Source of the DNA: Pelagibacteraceae bacterium
GTDB taxonomy: Bacteria; Pseudomonadota; Alphaproteobacteria; Pelagibacterales; Pelagibacteraceae
Direction: 5' to 3'
DNA length: 64,000 nucleotides
NCBI GenBank assembly: GCA_038133865.1
Contig: JAYPUB010000001.1
Coordinates: 31 to 64,030 of the forward strand
Shown here: one piece after another, positions 1 to 10,621 of the stretch
Position numbering within the stretch: the first letter of the stretch is position 1
Layout of the letters: every line of letters begins with the position of its first letter
Program-made: the position numbers and the translations under genes
Notes under the pieces: model-generated
Told to the model about the DNA's origin: nothing
Seen by the model: the letters and a program-made list of their open reading frames with translations, nothing else
Databases searched by the model: none

Positions 1-386
1 GTTTAGAAAATTTGTGCAAAAAAAGTTCTTATGATTATCCAAAATGGAAAAAAGAATGTGATGAATATTTTTATTTAAAACATCGAAAAGAGCCAAGAGG
101 AGTAGGTGGTATTTTCTTTGATTATTTGAACGATGATAACTTTGAAAATGAATTTAATTTTATTAAGAATTTAGGGGTATATTTTAAAGATTTTGTCCAC
201 GACAATGCTGCAAGAAAAAAAGATTTATCTTATACTGAAGAAGATATGAAAAAATTAATGCTTAAAAGATCTAGATACGTTGAGTTTAATTTATTATATG
301 ACAGAGGTACATTGTTTGGTTTAAAAACAGATGGAAATGTTGAGGCTATATTAATGTCAATGCCTCCAAGAGCGGAGTGGAATTAA
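1..386 (+). CDS. hemF: oxygen-dependent coproporphyrinogen III oxidase, 3' part (5' end outside window)
   Basis: Motifs CDEYFYLKHRKEPRGVGGIFFD and RYVEFNLLYDRGTLFGL...ILMSMPP, the HemF C-terminus; frame open to the window edge. Confidence 0.95.
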   Translation, partial: LENLCKKSSYDYPKWKKECDEYFYLKHRKEPRGVGGIFFDYLNDDNFENEFNFIKNLGVYFKDFVHDNAARKKDLSYTEEDMKKLMLKRSRYVEFNLLYDRGTLFGLKTDGNVEAILMSMPPRAEWN

Positions 387-802
387 TGTACGAGTGGATT
401 AAAGTTTTACATATTATTTCTTTTGTTGCATGGTTTGCAGGGCTTTTTTATTTACCAAGACTTTATGTTTATCATGCAGAAAATGCAGATCACGATCATA
501 CAAGAAAAACTTTAGAAACAATGGAATATAAATTGCTTAAATTTATCATGAACCCAGCGATGATTGCGACTTGGATTTTTGGAGTTGGATTAATCCATTA
601 TGTTGGTTCAGCGGGGTGGTTGCATGCTAAAATTACATTAGTTATTATTTTATCAGCTTTTCATATGTATTTAAGCGTTGTTAGAAAAAAATTAATTAAT
701 GAACCATCAAAATATTCTTCTAAGTACTTTAGATATATTAACGAGGTTCCAACTGTACTTTTAATTTTAATTGTAATTCTAGTAGTAGTTAAACCTTTTT
801 AA
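386..802 (+). CDS. hemJ: protoporphyrinogen IX oxidase HemJ (CopD/UPF0093 family)
   Basis: WIKVLHIIS..WFAGLFYLPRLYVYH and NEVPT...VVVKPF motifs; ATG at 386 overlaps the hemF stop (TAATG), a better start than GTG 377. Confidence 0.92.
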   Translation: MYEWIKVLHIISFVAWFAGLFYLPRLYVYHAENADHDHTRKTLETMEYKLLKFIMNPAMIATWIFGVGLIHYVGSAGWLHAKITLVIILSAFHMYLSVVRKKLINEPSKYSSKYFRYINEVPTVLLILIVILVVVKPF

Positions 803-839
803 TTGAAAAAAATATTATAAAAGATTAGAAAACATTCAA

Positions 840-931
840 GGACAGGTGGGTGAGTGGTTGAAACCAGCTGGTTGCTAACTAGCCTTACGAGTAACATCGT
901 AACGAGGGTTCGAATCCCTCCCTGTCCGCCA
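840..931 (+). tRNA. tRNA-Ser (GCT)
   Basis: Acceptor GGACAGG/CCTGTCC + G + CCA; anticodon arm GCTGG-TTGCTAA-CTAGC; long variable arm; GTTCGAATC T-loop. Confidence 0.96.
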
Positions 932-936
932 GAAAT

Positions 937-1671
937 ATGAAAAAAGATATCTCAATAGGAAAAACTTTAGCCAATTCATTCCAATTCTTGATTTCTAATT
1001 TTGACAGAAGGTTAAAAGATGGCTTACCCGCTGTCATTTTTATCACAATTGCTTTTAACATATTGAATTATTTAATTGGTAATCAAATTGCTACTAATTT
1101 TACTATTTTTTTCTTCTTTATATTTACAATGATTGTATCTAGCGCAATTGGAGTTTGTGTTCATGAAGAAATTTTAAATAAGTCTAAAATTACCTTTTTA
1201 AAAGAATTTCTATCTCCAAGAAGTATTAAGTATTTTTTTAATTTCTTGGCTATAACCTTAATTGCTTTATCGCCATTATTAACACATTTTGTATTAAAAA
1301 ACTTTTTATCCGTTGAAAGCGATCATGCTTCTGGTCTTTTAATTTTATGGATTTTTACAACCATTTTGTCTTTAAAATTAATATTTATTTTACCAAAATT
1401 AACTTTAGGAATTAATTATAAGTATGATTTTAAAGAATTAAATTCGATTGGATCAAAGTTATTCTTATTGTTAACTATTGTAACAGTTATATTTTTAGTT
1501 CCTTCGTTAATTTATTTAACTTTGCAATTATCATTCATGACAAGTTACAAGGAAATATATCAAATGATTAAACCTTTGTTTGATGTAGGATCTTTTTATA
1601 TTTCTTATCTAAATTATATTACAATTTTTGCTGTAATTTCTTACGCTTTTAAAGATTATTTTTCAAAATAA
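937..1671 (+). CDS. hypothetical multi-pass membrane protein
   Basis: 244-aa ORF with about 6 hydrophobic segments; no recognised motif. Confidence 0.75.
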   Translation: MKKDISIGKTLANSFQFLISNFDRRLKDGLPAVIFITIAFNILNYLIGNQIATNFTIFFFFIFTMIVSSAIGVCVHEEILNKSKITFLKEFLSPRSIKYFFNFLAITLIALSPLLTHFVLKNFLSVESDHASGLLILWIFTTILSLKLIFILPKLTLGINYKYDFKELNSIGSKLFLLLTIVTVIFLVPSLIYLTLQLSFMTSYKEIYQMIKPLFDVGSFYISYLNYITIFAVISYAFKDYFSK

Positions 1672-3936
1672 AAATTTTTCAATATCATTAGTTACAGTTT
1701 TTTTATTAATGACGTATTTATAAACTAGAATATTTTCAATAACTCGTTGAACATAGTTTCTTGTTTCAGTAAATGGGATTAGCTCTATCCAGTCGATCGG
1801 ATCAATTTCTCCTTTTCTAGGATCTCCAAATCTTTTTATCCAACGTCTAACCCTATGTGGTCCAGCATTATATCCCGCAAATGCCATATACATAGCCCCT
1901 TGAAATTCTTCATTTAATCCAGAAATATAATATGAACCAAGTTGCAAATTAAAATATTCATCTTCAATCAATCGACTTCTAGTATAATTTAATCCCGCTT
2001 GTTTGCTAACCACTCGTCCGGTAGCTGGCATAATTTGCATTAAACCTTTTGCGCCAACCCAACTATTTGCATCTCTGTCAAATTCACTTTCTTGTCTGAT
2101 TAAAGCTAAAATAACTTCTTGTGGCAAAATAGTTCTTTTTGATACAATTTTAGGCGTCTCAATTATTGGATAGTTTAATTCAAGTAAGTTTTTATTTTGA
2201 TAAGAAGATTGTTTCGCAATTTGAACAGCAAAATCCAATCTTCCAACAGATTGAGAAAGTTTACCAGCTAATACCTGTTCTTTTATTGAACTTTCTTCAG
2301 AACCAAGATGCCTAATAATATCTTTACTTTTAAGGGACTGGTCTAGTTCATCTAATAAAATAACAGCCCGTGCTAAATCTGATTTAAGAAGTTTTTGAAA
2401 CTCTTCTTCTGAAAAAGAATAGCTATTCTTAACTTTAAAATTATTTTTATTAATTTTTGCTGCAGCTAATTGACCATAGAATGTCGTATTAAAAACAGAA
2501 GATTTTTGATACCAATCTTTTGCATTTTGTTTTTTTCCCATTTCATCATAGGCTTTACCAACCCAATATGCGGCTCTTGATTTACTAATAGGATAATTCA
2601 CTCCTTCATACATAATTTTAAAATGGTTAACCGCTGCCTCTGGTTTATTTAAAAATCTTAACGCTAACCAGCCGGCATGCCATTCAGCTTCTGCTAGATT
2701 TCCACTATCTAAGACGCCATGATTAATTAATAAATTATAAGCATCTTCAAATCTTTTTTTATTAATTCTGCTACGTGCAATAATAAATTTTTCCTTAAAC
2801 CAAAGATCTGGTTTGAATAGTAATTTTGGATCTTGTGGTAATTGATTAATAATTTCTAAAGCGCTATCGTATCTTCCTCTTTTCCTTCTCCATTTAGTTC
2901 TATCAAATTGTAATCCAATATCATTTTTAAATTGAGGAGGTACCTTTGATATAGCGCTATCAACACCATAAGACCTAGTCATTAAGGCAAATCTTGCAAA
3001 ATATAGTTCTTTATGGCCTTGCGGGAGGTATCTTAATGTTCTTCTAAGTTCATAAAAATCTTGTTCCCAGGCTAAATAGTTTGCTCTTTCAATGTAATCC
3101 TGAGTAGTGATTAAATTCTTAAATTTTTTATTTAAGTACCTGTGTTCTTCACTACTTAAATTCGCAGTTTTAAAACCGTCGGCAATTAAATCATGTGCCT
3201 TTTTCGTTTCACCCCTGGTTAAATAAGCTTCACCTAATTTAATTTTTCCGTAACCACTTAACGGCTCTTCTTTTTCAAAAAACTTAATTATTTCTCTAGG
3301 TTTTACATCTTTTAAATTAATTTTATGTTCAGCCAAGTATCTTAATCTATTTATTCTTGGCCAATTAGGATTTTTGTTTATAAATTTTCTATAATCATCA
3401 AATTCTAAGCGATTTATAGGTTCTTTTAAATACATCCAAGTTACTAAAGTATTTAGTAGTTTGGATCTAGATTTTCGAACCTCTTTCATTGCAGAGTTCC
3501 ATCTTTTTCTTTTTATTAAGCCAAATGTTTTTTGAGCAATTAAAAAATCTTTAGGTGCTAAAATACTAGATTTCTTTTTGGATATTCCTAAATCCATTGG
3601 TTTTTTTAGAGGAATAATTTCATTCGATACAGTAAACTCTTCCTTCTTTTCATTGCTAGGTTCTTTTTTAATTTCTTTAACAACATCTTTTTTTATTTGT
3701 GGTTGTTTTTTGGCATTATTTACATTCTGATTAATAGTTTCTTTAGGCTTTATTATTTTTGGAATTACTTTTTTAACCGGTTTTCTATCGGGTTTTTTAA
3801 CAGGTAATGTTTGCTCTTTTATAAATTCTTTAGGCTTTGGTTCAGGTGAAATTAATCTAGCAAATGAATTACTTGTAATTGACAAGACTGTTATCAGGCA
3901 AAACAATAATTTTAATAAAGTTTTCACTTTAATCAT
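1663..3936 (-). CDS. slt: soluble lytic murein transglycosylase (Slt70-like)
   Basis: Signal peptide, Lys/Pro-rich linker, helical repeats, C-terminal SLT motifs IRQESEF, GAKGLMQIMP, YNAGP, ETRNYVQRV. Confidence 0.92.
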   Translation of the reverse strand: MIKVKTLLKLLFCLITVLSITSNSFARLISPEPKPKEFIKEQTLPVKKPDRKPVKKVIPKIIKPKETINQNVNNAKKQPQIKKDVVKEIKKEPSNEKKEEFTVSNEIIPLKKPMDLGISKKKSSILAPKDFLIAQKTFGLIKRKRWNSAMKEVRKSRSKLLNTLVTWMYLKEPINRLEFDDYRKFINKNPNWPRINRLRYLAEHKINLKDVKPREIIKFFEKEEPLSGYGKIKLGEAYLTRGETKKAHDLIADGFKTANLSSEEHRYLNKKFKNLITTQDYIERANYLAWEQDFYELRRTLRYLPQGHKELYFARFALMTRSYGVDSAISKVPPQFKNDIGLQFDRTKWRRKRGRYDSALEIINQLPQDPKLLFKPDLWFKEKFIIARSRINKKRFEDAYNLLINHGVLDSGNLAEAEWHAGWLALRFLNKPEAAVNHFKIMYEGVNYPISKSRAAYWVGKAYDEMGKKQNAKDWYQKSSVFNTTFYGQLAAAKINKNNFKVKNSYSFSEEEFQKLLKSDLARAVILLDELDQSLKSKDIIRHLGSEESSIKEQVLAGKLSQSVGRLDFAVQIAKQSSYQNKNLLELNYPIIETPKIVSKRTILPQEVILALIRQESEFDRDANSWVGAKGLMQIMPATGRVVSKQAGLNYTRSRLIEDEYFNLQLGSYYISGLNEEFQGAMYMAFAGYNAGPHRVRRWIKRFGDPRKGEIDPIDWIELIPFTETRNYVQRVIENILVYKYVINKKTVTNDIEKFLF

Positions 3937-3975
3937 TTAATAATTCTATATATAAATATTTCAAATTTACTAACT

Positions 3976-4848
3976 ATGTTTAAAGGTTCTATAACAGCTT
4001 TGGTTACCCCATTTAAGGGTGATAATTTGGATTTAAATGCCTATGAAAAATTTATAGATTTCCAAATTTCGAATGGCACAAATGGCATTGTTCCATGTGG
4101 AACTACTGGCGAATCGCCAACCATAAGTCATGATGAACATAAAAAATTAATTGAGACTGCAGTAAAAGCTTCTAATGGAAGAGTTCCAGTAATTGCGGGC
4201 ACAGGATCAAACTCTACAGATGAAGCTGTTGAGATGACAAGATTTGCCGAAAAAGCAAAATCTGATGCTGTTTTAATTGTTACCCCTTATTACAACAAAC
4301 CTACCCAGGAAGGTTTATATCAACATTATAAAAAAATTAATGATAGCTGCGGGGTGCCAATAATAATTTATAATATCCCAGGAAGATCAGTAGTAGATAT
4401 GAATGTTGATACTATGGCTAGACTTTATGAATTAAAAAATATTATTGGCGTAAAAGATGCCACTGGAGATCTTGATAGAGTTACACAACAAAAAAATAAA
4501 ATGGGCAAAGATTTTTTATTGTTATCAGGTAATGACGAAAATACTTATGAATTTAATAAACTAGGTGGCGTTGGATGTATTTCGGTTTCAGCAAATGTAG
4601 CACCAAAAATGTGTTCAGATTTTCACAAATTATGTAACTCAAATAAATTTGAAGAAGCAAAACCATTATTCGATAAATTGTTACCGTTACATGATGTTAT
4701 GTTTGTAGAAAGTAATCCTGTACCAGCAAAATATAGTTTAAGCTTAATGAATATGATGTCAGAGGAGGTAAGACTTCCTTTAGTAACTGCTGAAAAATCT
4801 TCTAAGGAAAAAATAAAAGCGGTTTTAAATAGTTTATCATTAATTTAA
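3976..4848 (+). CDS. dapA: 4-hydroxy-tetrahydrodipicolinate synthase
   Basis: GTTGES, PYYNKP, YNIPGR and GVKDATG (Schiff-base Lys) motifs. Confidence 0.97.
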   Translation: MFKGSITALVTPFKGDNLDLNAYEKFIDFQISNGTNGIVPCGTTGESPTISHDEHKKLIETAVKASNGRVPVIAGTGSNSTDEAVEMTRFAEKAKSDAVLIVTPYYNKPTQEGLYQHYKKINDSCGVPIIIYNIPGRSVVDMNVDTMARLYELKNIIGVKDATGDLDRVTQQKNKMGKDFLLLSGNDENTYEFNKLGGVGCISVSANVAPKMCSDFHKLCNSNKFEEAKPLFDKLLPLHDVMFVESNPVPAKYSLSLMNMMSEEVRLPLVTAEKSSKEKIKAVLNSLSLI

Positions 4849-5318
4849 TGAAAAAAAAAAATACTTCTAGCAACGTTGTTGCTCAGAATCGTAAAGCAAG
4901 TTTTAATTATTTTTTTGAAGATACACTTGAAGCTGGTATTGAGCTTTTAGGATCAGAGGTAAAATCATTAAGAGCTGGAAAAGGAAGTATTGCAGATTCA
5001 TATGCAATAGATAGTGAAGGTGAAATTTATTTACACAATTCATATATTCCTGAATACAAACAAAGCAGTTATAATAATCATAATCCAAGAAGATCAAGAA
5101 AGCTTTTACTAAACAAAAAAGAAATAAATAAAATTATTGGAAAAATAAATAGAGATGGATTTACAGTTGTTCCTACTAGAGTTTATTTTAATTCCAAGGG
5201 GATAGCCAAAGTCAATATAGCTATTGCTAAAGGAAAAAAACAACATGACAAAAGACAAACAAAAAAACAAAGAGATTGGAATAGAGAAAAATCAAGAGTT
5301 TTTCGCAGATCAAGTTAA
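4848..5318 (+). CDS. smpB: SsrA-binding protein
   Basis: [32 protein letters not shown] motifs. Confidence 0.97.
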   Translation: MKKKNTSSNVVAQNRKASFNYFFEDTLEAGIELLGSEVKSLRAGKGSIADSYAIDSEGEIYLHNSYIPEYKQSSYNNHNPRRSRKLLLNKKEINKIIGKINRDGFTVVPTRVYFNSKGIAKVNIAIAKGKKQHDKRQTKKQRDWNREKSRVFRRSS

Positions 5319-5812
5319 TGAAAATTTTAGCATTTGGATCAAATTTAAAATTTAACAATAATTCTCCCTTAGAAAATATTGAATCTGCATATGAACATTT
5401 GGAAAAATGTAACATAAAGATTTTAAAAAAATCTCATATTTATCAATCAGAAGCTTATCCAAATAAATCTGATCCAATTTTTTGCAATTCAGCAGTATCA
5501 GTAGAAACAAATTTGAACCCATTTGATTTATTAAATAAAGTTTTAGAAATTGAAAAATTATTTGGCAGAATTAGAAAAGAAAAAAATAACCCAAGAACAC
5601 TAGATATAGATATAATTTGTTATGATAACTTAATTTTTACACAAGAAAATTTAAAAATTCCTCATCCATATTTACAAAAACGGCCATTCGTTTTTTTGCC
5701 AATTAAAGATTTAGATAAAAATTGGAAACACCCAGTTTTATTAAAAACAATAGATCAAATTTCTAAAGAATTTAGTAAAGATGAATTAATTAAAGTTAAA
5801 AAAATAAAATAA
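5318..5812 (+). CDS. folK: 2-amino-4-hydroxy-6-hydroxymethyldihydropteridine diphosphokinase
   Basis: GSNL, PRTLDIDI and IPHP..RPFV motifs. Confidence 0.93.
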   Translation: MKILAFGSNLKFNNNSPLENIESAYEHLEKCNIKILKKSHIYQSEAYPNKSDPIFCNSAVSVETNLNPFDLLNKVLEIEKLFGRIRKEKNNPRTLDIDIICYDNLIFTQENLKIPHPYLQKRPFVFLPIKDLDKNWKHPVLLKTIDQISKEFSKDELIKVKKIK

Positions 5813-5829
5813 ATTGGTATAATTGAAAT

Positions 5830-7530
5830 ATGTCAGATGCAACACAATTAATAAGTAAAATTAAAAGTTATAACTCTTATGTTGATGAGAGCGTAATTAA
5901 GAACGCCTATAAATACGCAGCTGATGCACACAAGTTACAAAAAAGACATTCAGGTGATCCTTATATAAGTCATCCATTGGCTGTAGCAAATATTTTAGCA
6001 GAATTGAAATTAGATGGTCCAACAATTACTACTGCACTTTTGCACGATACTATTGAAGATACAAAAGCTACTTATGATGAATTAAAAAAGAATTTTGGAA
6101 ATGAAATAGCAGAATTAGTTGATGGTGTTACAAAAATTTCAAAATTAGAAAGTGAAAAAAAGAACTTAACTGCTGGTGAAAATTTTAGAAAACTTATTTT
6201 AGCAACCTCGAAAGATATTAGGGTTCTTTTAGTAAAATTAGCGGACAGATTACATAATATGCGAACAATTAATTCAATTGAAAATAAAGATAAAAAAGAA
6301 CGAATAGCACGTGAAACTATGGAAATTTATGCGCCTTTAGCCGAAAGAATGGGTATGCATAAAGTTAGAGATGAGCTGGAAGATAAATCTTTTTCAGTTT
6401 TAAATGATGAAGCAAGATCATTGATTGTTAATAGAGTTCAAGAAATTGCACCAAGTAGATTAAAAATATTTAATGAAGTTTTAAAAGAAATAAAAAATAT
6501 TTTAGATGAACATCAAATTGACGCTGAAGTTATTGGAAGAGAAAAAACACCTTTTTCTATTTGGAGGAAAGTAAATGATAAAAGAGTATCTCTTGAACAA
6601 ATTACTGATTTGATAGGATTTCGTATTATTACTAAAGATATATCTGATTGTTATAAATCACTAGGTGTTTTTCATAATAAATGGAGCGCAGTTCCTGGAA
6701 GGTTTAAAGATTATATTTCAACTCCTAAGTCGAATAAATATCAATCAATACATACAACAATTATAGGACCTAAAAAACAAAGAGTTGAAATACAAATTAG
6801 AACTAATGAAATGAATGATTACGCAGAAAGAGGAGTGGCAGCTCATTGGCTGTATAAAAAAAATGAGAAAGTTGATAAAAGAAATAGCTATGAGTATTCA
6901 TGGTTAAGCGATTTAGTCGAATTCTTAGAGTCTGGTGAAAATCCTGAGCATTATTATGAATATACTAAATTACAACTTTATGCTGATCAGGTCTTTTGTT
7001 TTACTCCGAACGGTGCCGTTATTAGATTGCCAAAAAAAGCAACACCAGTAGATTTTGCTTATGCTGTACATACTGATCTAGGAGATACGTGTACTGGCTG
7101 CAAAATAAATGGAAAAAACTCACCATTACAAACACAGCTCAGAAATGGTGATCATGTTGAAATATTAAGTTCAACAAAAAAATCACCGTCTTACCATTGG
7201 TTATCATATGCAAAAACAGGAAAGGCAAGAAGTGCAATTAGAAGATACTGGCATGATAAACTTCCAGTTCAAAATGAGAGCAGGATTCATAAATCAAGTA
7301 TTTGGGTTTTATTAAGTCATAAAGCAGGTACTCTAGGTGAAATTTGCACTTTGATTGGTAAACATAAATGTAATATTTTTAATGTTGAATTAGTTGATAA
7401 AAAAGAGGATTTTTTAAGTTTTATATTTGATGTAGAAGTAAAAAACTTAAAAGATTTTACAAATTTGATATCTGAATTAAAAGTAAGATCAATTAATTTT
7501 AAAATTATAAGACATAGAAAATCTAATTGA
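5830..7530 (+). CDS. spoT: bifunctional (p)ppGpp synthetase/hydrolase (Rel/SpoT family), shortened C-terminal region
   Basis: HD hydrolase (PYISHP, LHDTIED, ADRLHN), synthetase (RFKDYI, YQSIHT, EIQIRT), TGS (DFAYAVHT), ACT-like end. Confidence 0.95.
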   Translation: MSDATQLISKIKSYNSYVDESVIKNAYKYAADAHKLQKRHSGDPYISHPLAVANILAELKLDGPTITTALLHDTIEDTKATYDELKKNFGNEIAELVDGVTKISKLESEKKNLTAGENFRKLILATSKDIRVLLVKLADRLHNMRTINSIENKDKKERIARETMEIYAPLAERMGMHKVRDELEDKSFSVLNDEARSLIVNRVQEIAPSRLKIFNEVLKEIKNILDEHQIDAEVIGREKTPFSIWRKVNDKRVSLEQITDLIGFRIITKDISDCYKSLGVFHNKWSAVPGRFKDYISTPKSNKYQSIHTTIIGPKKQRVEIQIRTNEMNDYAERGVAAHWLYKKNEKVDKRNSYEYSWLSDLVEFLESGENPEHYYEYTKLQLYADQVFCFTPNGAVIRLPKKATPVDFAYAVHTDLGDTCTGCKINGKNSPLQTQLRNGDHVEILSSTKKSPSYHWLSYAKTGKARSAIRRYWHDKLPVQNESRIHKSSIWVLLSHKAGTLGEICTLIGKHKCNIFNVELVDKKEDFLSFIFDVEVKNLKDFTNLISELKVRSINFKIIRHRKSN

Positions 7531-8105
7531 TGTTATCTGAAGAAGAAACAATAGAAATACTAAAAAAAACTAATTCTTTACTAGAAGGGCACTTTATTCT
7601 TTCATCAGGCCTTAGAAGTGAAAAATATCTTCAATGTGCACAGCTAATGATGCATGCAGATCTAGCTGAAAAAATCTGCAGTTCTTTGGCAGAAAAAATT
7701 AAAAATCAAAATTTAAAATTTGATTTGATTGCATCACCTGCAATAGGCGGAATTATTGTTGGTTACCAAGTATCAAAATTTTTAAATGTTCCAAATATTT
7801 TTGTAGAAAGAGTTGATAATATTTTTAATTTAAGGCGTGGCTTTGAATGTAAAAATAAAAATATCTTAATTGTTGAAGATGTGATCACTACTGGCAAATC
7901 CAGCATGGAATGCGCTAAATGTTTAGAGAATTTAGGAGCAAATATCAAAGGTTATGCTTGTATAGTGGATAGATCTTCTGGAAAATCTAATATTAAAAAT
8001 ATTATTTCACAAATTAAATTTAATTTTCCAACTTTTTCAAAAGACAGTTTACCTGAGCACTTAAAAAAAATAGAAGCAATTAAACCTGGTAGTCGAAAAA
8101 TATAA
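7530..8105 (+). CDS. pyrE: orotate phosphoribosyltransferase
   Basis: GHFILSSGLRS, VEDVITTGKS PRPP loop, KPGSR end; ATG 7530 overlaps rel stop. Confidence 0.95.
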   Translation: MLSEEETIEILKKTNSLLEGHFILSSGLRSEKYLQCAQLMMHADLAEKICSSLAEKIKNQNLKFDLIASPAIGGIIVGYQVSKFLNVPNIFVERVDNIFNLRRGFECKNKNILIVEDVITTGKSSMECAKCLENLGANIKGYACIVDRSSGKSNIKNIISQIKFNFPTFSKDSLPEHLKKIEAIKPGSRKI

Positions 8106-8109
8106 TTAA

Positions 8110-8829
8110 ATGAAAACTAAACTCGGTGTCAATATTGACCATATTGCAACATTACGAAATGCTAGGGGAGAAAATCATCCTGATTTATTAAAAGCTGCAA
8201 AAGAAGTGATTAAGTATGGCGCTGATTCAATTACTATTCATGTAAGAGAGGATCAGAGACATATAAAAAAAAACGATGCTTTATTTTTGAAAAAAAAAAT
8301 TAATAAACCAATAAATTTAGAAATGGCACCCACGAATGAAATGATGAATTTTGCTTTAAAACTTAAACCTAAGTTTGTATGTATTGTACCAGAGAAAAGG
8401 AAAGAGGTAACGACTGAAGGTGGATTGAAATTATCACAAAAAAAACTAAAAAAAATTATTAATAAATTAAAAAAAAATAAAATCGAAGTTTCTTTGTTTA
8501 TTAATCCAAATATAAAAGACGTTAAAAATTCATATCAATTAAATGTTGATGCAATTGAAATTCATACAGGGTCTTTTGCTAAAGCCATAAATATCAAAAA
8601 TAAGAAAAAAATCATTTCTGAATTTAATAAAATAAAAAAATGTAAAATCGAGTGTGATAAAACTAAAATGAAATTTAATTTAGGGCACGGTCTATCCTAC
8701 GAGTCTGCAAAATTTTTAAAAAAAATTAAAAATATTAACGAATGTAATATCGGTCATTTTATAATAGGTGAAAGTTTATTTTTTGGACTTGGAAAAGTTA
8801 TAAAAAAATTTAAAAAAATTATTAGTTAG
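8110..8829 (+). CDS. pdxJ: pyridoxine 5'-phosphate synthase
   Basis: LGVNIDHIATLRNAR, HVREDQRHI, EVTTEGGL, GHGL, NIGH motifs. Confidence 0.96.
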   Translation: MKTKLGVNIDHIATLRNARGENHPDLLKAAKEVIKYGADSITIHVREDQRHIKKNDALFLKKKINKPINLEMAPTNEMMNFALKLKPKFVCIVPEKRKEVTTEGGLKLSQKKLKKIINKLKKNKIEVSLFINPNIKDVKNSYQLNVDAIEIHTGSFAKAINIKNKKKIISEFNKIKKCKIECDKTKMKFNLGHGLSYESAKFLKKIKNINECNIGHFIIGESLFFGLGKVIKKFKKIIS

Positions 8830-8831
8830 AT

Positions 8832-9212
8832 ATGTCAATTTTAGGTTTAGGTAGTGATATAATTAATATTACAAGAATAGAAAAAATTTTAAAAAAAAAT
8901 AAAAAAAATTTTATAAAAAGAATTTTTAATTCAAAAGAAAAGTTGCCCAAAAAAATTACTGCACAATTTGTAGCAAAAAATTTTGCTGTTAAAGAAGCTT
9001 TTTCAAAGGCTGTTGGTACTGGATTAGGAAAGGTAATTAATTTTAATGATATAATAGTGAGTCGTAATAATTTAGGAGCACCAAGTATAAAATTAGTTAA
9101 AAAAGCTGAATTGCGTGTTTTGAAAAAGTTGAAAGTAAAAAAAACTAAATATTTTGTATCTATAAGTGATGATTATCCTTTTGCTTTTGCAATAGTTATT
9201 ATATCGAAATAA
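8832..9212 (+). CDS. acpS: holo-[acyl-carrier-protein] synthase
   Basis: ILGLGSDI and FAVKEAFSKAVGTG motifs; canonical pdxJ-acpS-lepB-rnc-era order. Confidence 0.94.
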   Translation: MSILGLGSDIINITRIEKILKKNKKNFIKRIFNSKEKLPKKITAQFVAKNFAVKEAFSKAVGTGLGKVINFNDIIVSRNNLGAPSIKLVKKAELRVLKKLKVKKTKYFVSISDDYPFAFAIVIISK

Positions 9213-9218
9213 TCCTTA

Positions 9219-9944
9219 ATGAAAAAAAAAATAGTAGAAAATATTAAAACATTAATAATAGCTTTAATATTAGCTGTAATTATTAGATCCTTATTATTAC
9301 AACCTTTTTATATCCCTTCATCTTCCATGGAAAATACTCTTTTGATTGGTGACAGGTTATTTGTAACAAAATACACTTACGGTTATAGTCGACATTCTTT
9401 TCCTTTTAGTATTAAAATTTTAGATAAACGATTATTTTATAGTGAGCCAGATCGTGGAGATGTAGTTGTTTTTAAAACTCCAGCAGACAATCGAACTGAT
9501 TATATTAAAAGGTTGATAGGAAAGCCTGGAGATCAGGTACAATTTATAAAAGGAGATCTTTATTTAAACAAAAAAAAAATTAACAAAGAATTTGTTAAAA
9601 AAAGTAAAGTATTTTGCGGTCGTGAAAGTATTAACGTAAATATTTATAAAGAAAAAATTAATGAAAATAGCAATTATGAAATTGCTTACTTTGAAAACGA
9701 CTCTTTAACCGATACCGATCCATATATAGTGCCTAATGACCATTTCTTTTTTTTAGGTGATAACAGAGATTGCTCTAAGGATAGCAGATTTTTAATGAGT
9801 GTTGGATATGTTAATAAAGAAAATTTAGTTGGAAAAGCAAGGTTTTTATTTTTTTCAAATAATGGAAACGTTGGAGGTTTTTTTACTTTTTGGAAATGGC
9901 ATAAATCAATTCGTTTTAACAGAATTTTAAAGAAAATTATTTAA
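9219..9944 (+). CDS. lepB: signal peptidase I
   Basis: IPSSSMENTL (Ser), YIKRLIG (Lys), GDNRDCSKDSR. Confidence 0.96.
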   Translation: MKKKIVENIKTLIIALILAVIIRSLLLQPFYIPSSSMENTLLIGDRLFVTKYTYGYSRHSFPFSIKILDKRLFYSEPDRGDVVVFKTPADNRTDYIKRLIGKPGDQVQFIKGDLYLNKKKINKEFVKKSKVFCGRESINVNIYKEKINENSNYEIAYFENDSLTDTDPYIVPNDHFFFLGDNRDCSKDSRFLMSVGYVNKENLVGKARFLFFSNNGNVGGFFTFWKWHKSIRFNRILKKII

Positions 9945-10621
9945 TGAAGTCTAATGATATTAATCAAGTTGAAAAAATTCTTGGAATTAAGTTTTCTAAT
10001 AAAACTATTTTAGAGCAAGCATTCACTCATAAAAGCAAATCAGTAAACATTAATTTAAATAATGAAAGGCTTGAATTTTTAGGAGATAGAGTTCTAGGGT
10101 TGGTTATTGCTAACTACTTAAATGATCAATACCCGAAAGACAGCGAGGGTATGTTAGATAAAAAATTAGCATCGTTAGTTAATAAAGAGGCATGTTCTAA
10201 GATTATATCGTCATTAAAACTTGATAAATTTTTAAGCTTAAGTAAAGCACAAAAAAAAAACAAAACGGGGAATAAAAAAATTCTAGGCGATCTCTGCGAG
10301 TCCATAATTGGAGCAGTTTTTTTAGATAAAGGTTTTGAACAAACTAAAAAATTTATTTTAAGAATATGGGGAGATAGTTTAAAAAACACTAAAGAAGTTA
10401 TTATTGATCCAAAAACAAAACTTCAAGAATACTCTCTTAAACTTTTTAAAAAATTACCAGAATATAATTATATCTCTAATACAGGACCTTCGCACAAGCC
10501 AAACTTTAAAGTTTCTGTTTCTATCGAAAAATCTAAAAATTTTTTTGCTACTGGTAGTTCAAAAAAAAATGCAGAAACTAATGCGGCAATGAAATTAATT
10601 GAATTCCTCAAAATTAAATAA
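9944..10621 (+). CDS. rnc: ribonuclease III
   Basis: NERLEFLGDRVLGL signature; C-terminal dsRBD DPKTKLQE. Confidence 0.97.
   Translation: MKSNDINQVEKILGIKFSNKTILEQAFTHKSKSVNINLNNERLEFLGDRVLGLVIANYLNDQYPKDSEGMLDKKLASLVNKEACSKIISSLKLDKFLSLSKAQKKNKTGNKKILGDLCESIIGAVFLDKGFEQTKKFILRIWGDSLKNTKEVIIDPKTKLQEYSLKLFKKLPEYNYISNTGPSHKPNFKVSVSIEKSKNFFATGSSKKNAETNAAMKLIEFLKIK

Noticed and set aside
4848-4862. Long poly-A runs (smpB start and many others) as phase-variation tracts
   Set aside because: A/T homopolymers are ubiquitous Lys/Phe codon runs here and all frames are intact; no sign of programmed slippage.
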